Shown piece by piece: positions 1 through 8,728 of a stretch of 64,000 nucleotides of DNA; the stretch's first letter is position 1, and each line of letters begins with the position of its first letter. Below the pieces are notes generated by a model that was given only the letters and a program-made list of their open reading frames with translations, was not told the DNA's origin and did not search any database. Origin of the DNA: an uncultured Methanomassiliicoccales archaeon (GTDB lineage Archaea > Thermoplasmatota > Thermoplasmata > Methanomassiliicoccales > UBA472); assembly GCA_963695345.1 (NCBI GenBank), contig OY968769.1, forward strand, positions 1,568,001 to 1,632,000, written 5' to 3'. The translations under genes were made by a program, and so were the position numbers.

Positions 1-236
1 TAATCACCACCTTGGCCTTGATAATGGCCGGCGCGTTCGGGGCGATGATGCTATCCAGCAACTCGATGCTGCAGGAGTTCGGGTTCGCGTTGACCGTTGC
101 GGTCCTGCTCGATGCGATGGTAGTAAGGACATATATCGTCCCGGCCGCCCTTTCCATCATGGGAAAGAAAGCATGGTGGGCACCGGGCATACTGCAACGT
201 GAAGGCCGACGGGACAAGGGTGAGAAACAGGAGTGA
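1..236 (+). CDS. MMPL/RND family transporter, C-terminal fragment (partial at window edge)
   Basis: ALIMAGAFGAMM..LQEFGFALTVAVLLDAMVVRTYIVPA..WWAP is the typical MMPL C-terminal transmembrane signature. Confidence 0.85.
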   Translation, partial: ITTLALIMAGAFGAMMLSSNSMLQEFGFALTVAVLLDAMVVRTYIVPAALSIMGKKAWWAPGILQREGRRDKGEKQE

Positions 237-495
237 TCCTCTCAACCATTTCTTTTTCTGGACCTCCTTTTTGGTCCATTTTTCTTAGTAATCGGTCATC
301 CAGCTATTTCCGGACCTTTTTCCATTTCTCGAACGGATGTCAAAAAACTCATGGCGAGCTATGAACATCCTTCCAGATCAACAATTTGACCAATCCAGAC
401 TATTTAGGATCATGAACGTCCGCTCGCTACCGATGGTTCATGAATCATGGGGCCAGCCGGGAGGCTGTGGAATCCGTCGGTTGTTGCCGGTTCGA

Positions 496-1617
496 TCAAC
501 CTAGGTTGCCGACCGCGTCTCCCCGTAACCCCTTTCGGAACCGGGAACTCTGCTCGGCGATCTCGTTGAGATCTGATGGCAGCACCCTCCTGACCCGCGG
601 CAGCTCTCCTGGATAGACCCGCACAAGCTCTCTCTGCAGATATTCGTGCACCAGGCCGGACGTTCTCAACCCTTCCACGCTCCAGTTATCCACAAGGTCC
701 AGGACCGCGTCCCGTCCGGTACGGTAGAAGGCCTCCGCCAGCATCGAGGTGACGATGGTGTTCGTGGACATCACGGCAATGTCCGATTCCCGGACCGCCT
801 GCTTGCTCCCGTTGAAGGATATCGCCAGGCCGCCGCCCTTTCTTACCAGATGCAATGCCCGGGCGTCTGTCCCGCTGTCGCCCACGTACATGCAGTCCTC
901 GAGCGGAACGCCCATCTTCTTGCACACCTCGACGACCGATGAGGCTTTCTCCTCATCGCCGATCGTTTGGGTGTCCATCATGAGCTGGTAGCTCTGCATG
1001 TCGGTCATTTCGTTCCAGAAGATCTGGTCCAGTCTCTGGACCGTTCGTCTGGTGTCCTGAGATAGGTCGCGCACGCTCCGTGCCGTGCGGGCAACCTCCA
1101 TCAGCGGCATCCTGACTATGTCCTGCGCCATCCGTCTGAGCGATTCTGATTCCCAGTTGTCCATGCGCACCGTGTCCAGGGAGGCCTTTGTGCAGAAGGT
1201 GTTCTCGAAGGGGAACCCTATCTGGTCGCACACCGCGCTGACATAGTGTTCGTATGATGACGATACCATGAAAGGTGACATTATCTCCTGCACGAACCGC
1301 ATGGTCTTGTCCGCACCGGAGATGAGTTGAAGGTGGTTGCGGGAATATTCCACCAGCTTGGTATCGGTGCCGCCGTATGCCTTGAGGAACGGTAGCAGCA
1401 GCCGGATCTTGTCCCCGGACTTGTAGCCGTCCTTCTTGAATATGTTTGCCAGTATGTCATCATACTGGGTGAGGACATAGTACAGCTTCTCCCCGTTCTC
1501 GATGAACTCAGAGCAGAGCTCGAGGGCGATATCGTTCTTGGTGATCGGGCCCTCGCAGTCTGTAACGAATATCTTCCCGTCGAAGGGCATCATCTCTTCC
1601 AGTCCGTCAAATTCCAT
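496..1617 (-). CDS. HAD-superfamily phosphohydrolase (COG4030/EhaR-like)
   Basis: Motif I variant FVTDCEGP and motif IV YVGDSGTD..AISFNG; GAGGTG RBS upstream. Confidence 0.75.
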   Translation of the reverse strand: MEFDGLEEMMPFDGKIFVTDCEGPITKNDIALELCSEFIENGEKLYYVLTQYDDILANIFKKDGYKSGDKIRLLLPFLKAYGGTDTKLVEYSRNHLQLISGADKTMRFVQEIMSPFMVSSSYEHYVSAVCDQIGFPFENTFCTKASLDTVRMDNWESESLRRMAQDIVRMPLMEVARTARSVRDLSQDTRRTVQRLDQIFWNEMTDMQSYQLMMDTQTIGDEEKASSVVEVCKKMGVPLEDCMYVGDSGTDARALHLVRKGGGLAISFNGSKQAVRESDIAVMSTNTIVTSMLAEAFYRTGRDAVLDLVDNWSVEGLRTSGLVHEYLQRELVRVYPGELPRVRRVLPSDLNEIAEQSSRFRKGLRGDAVGNLG

Positions 1618-1691
1618 GTGTTACACCTCGAGGATGAAGTCGGCGTAGATCCGATCTTCCGGATGCGACCGATAGTCGGTCCCATTCCCTG

Positions 1692-2657
1692 TCATTGCTC
1701 TCCCCTCTCGAACCTTTCAAGCATCTTCCTGTCGGGATATCCATCCCGCCCGGCCATAACGACGCTTCGGGCCGCGGCCTGGGTCGCGAACTCCCCGCAA
1801 TCCTCCAGGTTCCATCCGCGGAGGATCCCCGCTAGGAATCCGGAGGCGTATACATCGCCCGCCCCGGTCTTGTCCAACACCTTTACTCGCTTGGCAGGGA
1901 TAAAATGGTTGCCGCCACCAGAGAACACGGTTGAACCGGCCGACCCCATCTTAAGGATTACCGTCTTCGGCCCCATGCGCATCAGGTCCCCCACGCCGGC
2001 CACCCCGTTCTGCCCGGTGAGCGAACGCAGTTCCCGTTCATTGACGAACATCACCGCCGAACGCTCTATTATCGGATGGACCGCGTCCAGACCCTTCTTG
2101 GCATACACCTCGCCCGGGTCGAAGGAGACCAGCACATCGTGGTCAAGTTTCTTCACCAGTCCGATCTGCTCCCTCAAGGCATGATCGCCGACGAACGATG
2201 AAATATGAACGATCGAAGAGCCATTGGCATACTCAACATCCTCCTGGGAGATGCCAAGGTCATCGTTGGCGTTGGGCAACAGTATCAACGACCGGTCCTG
2301 CTCGGCAATGAGGGAGATGCACGCGCCCGTCTCCGCGGTCCTCCTCACATGGGTGCAATCGACGTTCCCCATGGACCTTATCAGGAAATCTCCCTCCCGG
2401 TCGTTCCCGACCGTACCGATGAAACCGGCCGAGAACCCCATCAATGACATCGAGTAAACGGCATTGGCGGCCGAGCCTCCTCCGCTCCTCTGCAGAAGAT
2501 GTCCTTCCTTCTCCACCACCTCAAGGACCGAGCGGAACTGATCAGCGGTCCCGATGACCTCTCCGCCGGGAACGAAGGAACGGCCCGCTATATCGAGCTG
2601 CTCGACCTCGTAGATCAGGTCCTGGTTGAGTGAACCCACCCCGACGACATCCTTCAT
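1692..2657 (-). CDS. PfkB/ribokinase family carbohydrate or nucleoside kinase
   Basis: GGSAAN, VGNDREG and DKTGAGDVY (PfkB signature 2). Start moved to the ATG after a GGTGA RBS. Confidence 0.9.
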   Translation of the reverse strand: MKDVVGVGSLNQDLIYEVEQLDIAGRSFVPGGEVIGTADQFRSVLEVVEKEGHLLQRSGGGSAANAVYSMSLMGFSAGFIGTVGNDREGDFLIRSMGNVDCTHVRRTAETGACISLIAEQDRSLILLPNANDDLGISQEDVEYANGSSIVHISSFVGDHALREQIGLVKKLDHDVLVSFDPGEVYAKKGLDAVHPIIERSAVMFVNERELRSLTGQNGVAGVGDLMRMGPKTVILKMGSAGSTVFSGGGNHFIPAKRVKVLDKTGAGDVYASGFLAGILRGWNLEDCGEFATQAAARSVVMAGRDGYPDRKMLERFERGEQ

Positions 2658-2743
2658 CCGTTCACCGAATGGCTCAATGGCCAATTAATGTATGCTAGGG
2701 GATGATGCAAATATACATCGATGTCGTTACTTCGATTGATAAC

Positions 2744-3235
2744 ATGCATCTTCACATCCGGGATGCCAAAGGATCGGATATCGAAGCGATCAATGACATC
2801 TACAACTATTATGTTCTTAACTCGACCTGCACCGCCCAGACCGAGCCGGAGTCGAGGGAGGGCCGGGAGAGGTGGCTCCAGGAGCATACCGGAAGGTACG
2901 CGGCCATCGTTGCCGAGGCGGATGGACAGGTCGTGGGTTGGGGATCGCTTTCCAAATATCATCAGCGTTACGCCTACTGGCCGACCTCTGAGGACTCAAT
3001 CTACGTCAAGCATGACCTGCTCCACCGGGGAATAGGCAAGATGCTCTTGGAGGCGCTGATCGGCAAGGCACGGGAGAACGGCTTCCACAGTGTCATGGGG
3101 GTCATATCCTCAGAACAGATGGCCAGCATCCGGTTGCACGCCCTTTTCGGCTTCGAGGAGGTCGGTCACCTGCGGGAGGTGGAGCTGAAGTTCAACCGCC
3201 GGCTGGACGTTACCTTCATGCAGTTGATGCTGTGA
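2744..3235 (+). CDS. GNAT N-acetyltransferase (phosphinothricin/methionine sulfoximine acetyltransferase type)
   Basis: IYNYYV..ST, EDSIYV, RGIGKMLL, ASIRLH..FGF..VGHL. Confidence 0.9.
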   Translation: MHLHIRDAKGSDIEAINDIYNYYVLNSTCTAQTEPESREGRERWLQEHTGRYAAIVAEADGQVVGWGSLSKYHQRYAYWPTSEDSIYVKHDLLHRGIGKMLLEALIGKARENGFHSVMGVISSEQMASIRLHALFGFEEVGHLREVELKFNRRLDVTFMQLML

Positions 3236-3236
3236 A

Positions 3237-4196
3237 CTAGAACAGATGGTCGTTGACCACTCTGGCTTCATTCCCGACCTGGCACCTGAGCGCTTCGATG
3301 CCCAGCCCGGCGATCCTTCTTGCGACCTCTCCGGTGTCCTCCAACCGGGAATTGATGTAGACCGTCGCACCAGTATCTATGGAGAAGTAGCATTGCAGGC
3401 CTTCCGCCCGCATCCTCTTCACCTCCAGTATGATGCTGACCGTTTCAGGCCGCCAGAGGAACAGCTCATCCACGCCGGTCATGGTGATCCCGTGCAGCAG
3501 TAGCGTATCCAGCTCGGCCAGTTTTCCGATCTGCTCCAGATCCCTGGAACGTATGGCCTCTTTCATCCGGGGTATGGCATCCTTGACATACTCCAGCCGG
3601 GCTTTGAAGAATGGCGAGGTGATCACCGTGCGATGCGCATCCTCAGTGGATTTGTAGGCGGGTACCAGTGCCGCCACGATGCCCATGTCCAGGTCCTTCG
3701 AGGATGCGATCTGGGCAGAGTAACTGCTCTGATCATCCCTTCCCGCATACCAGATGGAGAACCCGCCGGTCACCGCCCGGGACGCCGAACCCGCTCCTCT
3801 GCGTGCGAAACGCGAGACGCTCTCCAGGTTCAGGCCGAGGCTGAGAGCCGACGATGTGGCAAGCGCCAATGCCGCGAACCCGGAGGCACTGGCTCCCAGG
3901 CCGATGTTCGATCTGAAATTGTTTTGGGAGACCATCCTGAACCCTGACCTCTCTCCAGCCAGCTCCCTCATCGGGTTGACCACGTCCAGTATCCTTTGCG
4001 ATTCGTGAGGAGAGGCCGATTTGCCGTCGTACGCGCAGGTGTCCTCATCATATCCGAATTCGATCGTTGTGCGCGTCATCAACGGTGCGGTGCATACGGA
4101 GATCGAATCGTGATACGGTATCCTGAGCCGCTCATCCTTGAGCCCATGGTACTTTATCAGACCCTGGATCGGGTACGCTGTCGCCGTTGCTTTCGT
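3237..4196 (-). CDS. mvaD: Phosphomevalonate decarboxylase (haloarchaeal type, GHMP kinase superfamily), apparent ACG start
   Basis: The frame stays open upstream of the called ORF: (ACG)KATATAYPIQGLIKYHGLKDERLRIPYHDSISVCTAP. Also SNIGLGASASGFAA, RRGAGSASRAVTG and YFSIDTGATVYIN. Confidence 0.88.
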   Translation of the reverse strand, partial: TKATATAYPIQGLIKYHGLKDERLRIPYHDSISVCTAPLMTRTTIEFGYDEDTCAYDGKSASPHESQRILDVVNPMRELAGERSGFRMVSQNNFRSNIGLGASASGFAALALATSSALSLGLNLESVSRFARRGAGSASRAVTGGFSIWYAGRDDQSSYSAQIASSKDLDMGIVAALVPAYKSTEDAHRTVITSPFFKARLEYVKDAIPRMKEAIRSRDLEQIGKLAELDTLLLHGITMTGVDELFLWRPETVSIILEVKRMRAEGLQCYFSIDTGATVYINSRLEDTGEVARRIAGLGIEALRCQVGNEARVVNDHLF

Positions 4197-4205
4197 CGGT
4201 CCACC

Positions 4206-4610
4206 TCATATGTCGAATATCACCGTGACCGAAGGTTCCTCCGTGTCCACCTTCAGCATATGGTACGTGATGGCCTTGATCTCGGTCTTCGGCTGGTGCT
4301 TCTCCAGGTCGAGCCGTTCTCCTCTGGCCTTACATCTGATCTTGAAACCGTCGATGGTCACGTCGAACTCGCTCAGCACCAGTCGGGTCACGTCGTGCAC
4401 GAACAGGAACTCAGAGAGGAAGTTGTAGAGAAGGGATTCGTGGTCATGCCCTTCCTGGACAATGTCGACCTCCTGCGTCGGAACGATCGTGGTGGCATCC
4501 ACCATCGTGTTGAAGAGCGCATAGGCGGCGTTGCCGTAACACTCCTCCAGTGTCCCGCCGTATGCTTTGATCATGACGTCGGCGGTGTGCTCCAGCTGTT
4601 CGTATCTCAT
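4206..4610 (-). CDS. Archease (RtcB activator)
   Basis: YEQLEHTADV at the N-terminus and IKAITYH..VIFDI at the C-terminus. Confidence 0.95.
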   Translation of the reverse strand: MRYEQLEHTADVMIKAYGGTLEECYGNAAYALFNTMVDATTIVPTQEVDIVQEGHDHESLLYNFLSEFLFVHDVTRLVLSEFDVTIDGFKIRCKARGERLDLEKHQPKTEIKAITYHMLKVDTEEPSVTVIFDI

Positions 4611-4985
4611 ATCGTTGCGTGGTAGGCATGATGTCGATTATATAGGCTTTGATGCTCATATTGTGGGTCTGGACCCTTTGATGGACCCGCATTTATGATG
4701 TCCAGAGATGGCTCGCCAACTTTAAGATTTCATGTGTTGTCGTCCATATTCGACACAGTCCATTGCGATGGCCGCATCAGAAACGAAGGATAGGGTTCTT
4801 GCTTACTGGAAGACCTTACTCGTGGTGGTTCTCCTCAATATCATGTGCTCCATATTGATGGACGAATTTAGGAAGTTACCAAGGTCGGGTTACAATAATT
4901 ATTTAATTTTGCATATCTCCGATTATCAAATGTCGATGTTTCTCGAATAGAGTATAAATGGTCAAATCGTTGTTTTTTATCTACG

Positions 4986-6227
4986 ATGAGTCAAACATAT
5001 GACCGGGATAAGCTTCTGAGTGACACCCTTCATTTCATTGCCCAGCAAGGGTGGCTGGAGACGGGCAAGCCGTTCCCTGTCTCCCTTGTTGAATTCTTAG
5101 GAAAATCCCTGGATGTGGAATATGTGCTCATCGATGAATTGATGCCTTCAGGAACTAGGGCGAAGACGATAGCGCTCTTTGCCAACGGTTCTGTCGTTCA
5201 TGATATCGAGTATGATCTGGAAAATACTCCCTGCGAGAACGTCATGGACAAACGATTGTGCGTCTATTCACATGACCTGCAATCTTGCTTTCCCAACGAC
5301 GAGCTTCTGGTAACGATGAAGGCCGAATCTTATATGGGCATACCCCTCTGGGACTCCAAAGGAACTCCGTTGGGTCTGATCGCCATATTGGACAAACGAT
5401 CCTTCCATGGCGAAGATGTAATGAAAGAGGTTCTTCAGTTGGTGGCATTGCGCACCGCACACGAACTCGAACGTCGTCGTGACAGCGCGAAACTGACCGA
5501 ATACTACAGTCAGTTGGAGGCCACGGTCAAAGAGCGGACCACCGACCTTCAGAAAGCATATGACGGTTTGGCAGAGGCGAATGCCGAGATCAATATAATC
5601 AACGACAAATTGAACATCGTTTCCGGGATCACCCGACATGACATTTCAAACCAGATCATGGCGTTGAAGGGCAACCTTCTCCTGCTCCAACAATACCAGG
5701 CCGATAACAGGGTCAAAGAGCTCTGCTCGAGGATGGAACGGTCGGTTGACATAATCTCCAGAACGATCGAAATCGCTAGAGACTATGAGACCACCGGGGT
5801 GAACGCTCCTTGCTGGCAGGAGATCGCTCCACTTTTGTACAAGTTGCCTAGCTCCATAGTGTCCGTGGACCCAAGCCTGCACGGATTGTCGCTGTTCGCA
5901 GACCCATTGCTAGAGAAGGTATTCTTCAATCTTCTGAACAATTCGGAGAAACACGGCGGGAATGTTGACAGGATAGAAGTCCACTGCATTCGGGAAAAGG
6001 ATGGATTGCGACTGGTCTGGCAAGATAATGGGAAGGGTATACCGATTCATAAGGAGGGGACGCTCTTCAGATCCCCTTCCAATAATGATCGGGTCCACGG
6101 GCTCTTTCTGATCCATAAGATACTGAACTTGACCGGGATTGATATCGAGGAAACCGGCATTCCGGGTACAGGAGCTAGGTTCGAGATGATCATCCCCTCG
6201 AATGTGTTTAGATATTCCATCGAGTAA
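4986..6227 (+). CDS. GAF-domain sensor histidine kinase
   Basis: GAF domain (ENTPCENV..ESYMGIPL), coiled coil, H-box TRHDISNQ, N-box VFFNLLNNSEKHG, DNGKGIP, GARFEM. Confidence 0.9.
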   Translation: MSQTYDRDKLLSDTLHFIAQQGWLETGKPFPVSLVEFLGKSLDVEYVLIDELMPSGTRAKTIALFANGSVVHDIEYDLENTPCENVMDKRLCVYSHDLQSCFPNDELLVTMKAESYMGIPLWDSKGTPLGLIAILDKRSFHGEDVMKEVLQLVALRTAHELERRRDSAKLTEYYSQLEATVKERTTDLQKAYDGLAEANAEINIINDKLNIVSGITRHDISNQIMALKGNLLLLQQYQADNRVKELCSRMERSVDIISRTIEIARDYETTGVNAPCWQEIAPLLYKLPSSIVSVDPSLHGLSLFADPLLEKVFFNLLNNSEKHGGNVDRIEVHCIREKDGLRLVWQDNGKGIPIHKEGTLFRSPSNNDRVHGLFLIHKILNLTGIDIEETGIPGTGARFEMIIPSNVFRYSIE

Positions 6228-6307
6228 GGAATTGGCACCGCTCCAACAGTCAAGTTACTCCAAAGTGCTAACACCGATACGTCTCAGGAAAGGATCGGAT
6301 TTTAATG

Positions 6308-6464
6308 CTGGAACGGACACGCATAAAAACAGGAAACGTAGTGAGTTGTCCAGTGGGTTGAAGTCCTTCTGCCAATGATTTCGGGGTACAGTTCAAACCG
6401 GCCCCGTTCATAGAGCGGAACGCGTTCCCTATGAGCACAGGATCTTCTGTGCCGTCCGTTCCAG
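6308..6464. ncRNA. Candidate structured non-coding RNA or non-autonomous element end
   Basis: A perfect 11-bp inverted repeat (CTGGAACGGAC 6308-6318 / GTCCGTTCCAG 6454-6464) encloses several internal hairpins in an intergenic region. Confidence 0.45.
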
Positions 6465-6764
6465 GTAGCCCTTCCTCACCAGATATTTACCATACTCGTT
6501 CTGTTTAGTGTTGATGGCGCTGTCCCATCCTGGCATTGCCATAGGACCATGCAAGCGCTGTGCTCGAGGTCAGACCTCATCATCCTGACTGGAGATGTGA
6601 ACGCTCGTTCCCTAGTATCGACGGCTTCAAACGTATCATGTAAGTCGACCAGGTACGGTTTGTTCAGTTTTCCTTTTCTATCATCTTAAGGGCATCTGGA
6701 ATAATGCATGATTCCATCTGTCGATACGTCATTGTTATATCTCCGCTCCACGATTGTGGTGGTC

Positions 6765-7583
6765 ATGCGTCTCCTCATCATCGGAAGCGGAGCCATAGGC
6801 GCGGCATTGGCGAAGGCGATAAACGACATGCCAGAGGTGGACTCGTTCTACATCACTGACAAGAACGAGGAACGTGCCATGAAGAGCGTCAAGGGTTTCG
6901 GCAAGGCCAAGTTCATTTCATCCACCGATGAGAGCGTCAGGGCCCATCTGAAGAATATCGATCTGGTGGTCGAGGCCGCCAGCCAAGATGCGGTAAAGCA
7001 TTACGTGCCATTGATCCTGGGACATGGAAACGATGTCCTGGTCATGAGCGTCGGTGCGTTCGCGGACGATGAGTTCCGGGAGAAATGCTACGGCCTTGCC
7101 AAGCGAAAGGGCGGCCGCCTCTACGTGCCTTCAGGCGCCGTCTGCGGTACCGATGCGCTGCATGCAGCCTCGGCCGACCGCATCGATTCCGTTGAGCTGC
7201 ACAGCATCAAGGGTCCGAAGAGCTTCAAGGACGTTCCCTACCTGAAGGAGGTAGGGATCGACGTCGATACGCTCACCGAGAGGACCGTCATCTATCAGGG
7301 ACCGGCCCGCGAAGCGGTGGTCCATTTTCCCAAGAACGTTAACGTCTCCGCCACCATCGCATTGCTCGGCCTCGGGCTGGACAAGACCATGGTGACCTTG
7401 ATCTGTGACCCCACATGCGACTGCAACTCACACCGCCTGATTGTCAAGGGGGTCTTCGGGGAGATCGATGCCGAGACGGACAATGTGCCGTTCCCCTCCA
7501 ATCCTGCCACATCATACCTTGCGGCTCTGTCGGCCATCGCCGCCATTAAGCGCATCGCCGGGAATGTGTGGATCGGGGTCTGA
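6765..7583 (+). CDS. nadX: L-aspartate dehydrogenase
   Basis: Rossmann IGSGAIG, VVEAASQDAV, MSVGAFAD, PSGAVCG, FPKNVNVSA and NPATSYLAALS. Confidence 0.93.
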   Translation: MRLLIIGSGAIGAALAKAINDMPEVDSFYITDKNEERAMKSVKGFGKAKFISSTDESVRAHLKNIDLVVEAASQDAVKHYVPLILGHGNDVLVMSVGAFADDEFREKCYGLAKRKGGRLYVPSGAVCGTDALHAASADRIDSVELHSIKGPKSFKDVPYLKEVGIDVDTLTERTVIYQGPAREAVVHFPKNVNVSATIALLGLGLDKTMVTLICDPTCDCNSHRLIVKGVFGEIDAETDNVPFPSNPATSYLAALSAIAAIKRIAGNVWIGV

Positions 7584-7639
7584 GGCGTTCGATCGTTGAC
7601 CTGGCATAGGCCGGGTCCATCCGGAAGGAAGGTTTCGTC

Positions 7640-8728
7640 ATGACAGAAAGGGGAAAGAGGATATTCAGCAAGCTCGCGGAAGAGATCGATGCCATCGTTC
7701 TGATCAACGGCGACGAACCGAACCTGGACATGGCGTTCTCCTATGCCGCCTGCACCGAGGCTGGGCTTTTCGAGGGGTGCGTCGCCGTCATCGAGCCGGA
7801 CGGAAATGTCCGGATGTTTTCAAGCGCATTGGAGGAGACCAGCGCCAGAAGGTCAAAGGCGGAGATCGAGGTCTTCCAGGGGATGGAGGACAAGATGCAG
7901 TTGATGAGGGAATCCTTCGGCCACGCCTCGAGGATAGGCATCAACGGGCGCGGACTCACCTACGCCAACCTCATGGACATCAAGAAGGCCGCCCCCAAGG
8001 CGGAGATCGTCGATGTCTCCTCGGCCATAGCCGCCTCGCGATTGGTCAAGGACCACGACGAGGTGGAAAGGCTGAGAAAGGCCTGCCAGATCGCCTCTGT
8101 GGTGGGTGAGGAGCTGCCGACGATCGTCAAGGAAGGGATGACGGAATATGAGGCCGCGGCCGAGATCGGCTACCGCATGATGAAGTTGGGCGCATCGGCC
8201 ACCTCGTTCACGACCAATGCCTCGTGGGGTCCGAACAGTGCTGAGCCACACCACGAGCCAGACGACAGCAGACTGAAGATAGGGGACATGGTGCTGTTCG
8301 ACTACGGCGCCTTGTTTAACAAATACGGCTCCGACGTCACCCGGACGTTCGTCTTCGGCAAGGCGGAGAAATGGCAGAAGGAGATCTACGAGATCGTCCT
8401 CCAATCACAGCTGGAGGCGATAGACGCCATCCACGCCGGAGCCGAAGCCAAGGAGATCGATGCGGTGGCACGAAGGATAATCGATGCAACCCAGTACAAA
8501 GGGCGCTTCATCCACTCATTGGGCCACGGGATCGGCCTTTCGGTTCATGACGGGGGACGTTTCTCTCCCTCAGCCGAGATCATCCTGGAGGAGAACATGG
8601 TGATGACGGTTGAGCCCGGCATCTATCTACCGGGCAAAGGGGGCGTTCGGATCGAGGACGATATCCGGGTCACCAAGAAGGGATGTGAGGTCCTGACCAC
8701 CGCCAAGAAAGAGTTCATGGTGATCTGA
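7640..8728 (+). CDS. pepQ: Xaa-Pro dipeptidase/aminopeptidase P (M24B)
   Basis: EPHH, FDYGA..YGSDVTRT, HSLGHGIGL.VHD, TVEPGIY and GVRIEDD. Confidence 0.93.
   Translation: MTERGKRIFSKLAEEIDAIVLINGDEPNLDMAFSYAACTEAGLFEGCVAVIEPDGNVRMFSSALEETSARRSKAEIEVFQGMEDKMQLMRESFGHASRIGINGRGLTYANLMDIKKAAPKAEIVDVSSAIAASRLVKDHDEVERLRKACQIASVVGEELPTIVKEGMTEYEAAAEIGYRMMKLGASATSFTTNASWGPNSAEPHHEPDDSRLKIGDMVLFDYGALFNKYGSDVTRTFVFGKAEKWQKEIYEIVLQSQLEAIDAIHAGAEAKEIDAVARRIIDATQYKGRFIHSLGHGIGLSVHDGGRFSPSAEIILEENMVMTVEPGIYLPGKGGVRIEDDIRVTKKGCEVLTTAKKEFMVI

Noticed and set aside
6380-6410. GTTCAAA T-loop-like motif suggesting a tRNA
   Set aside because: I could not build a D-arm, anticodon arm or acceptor stem around it.
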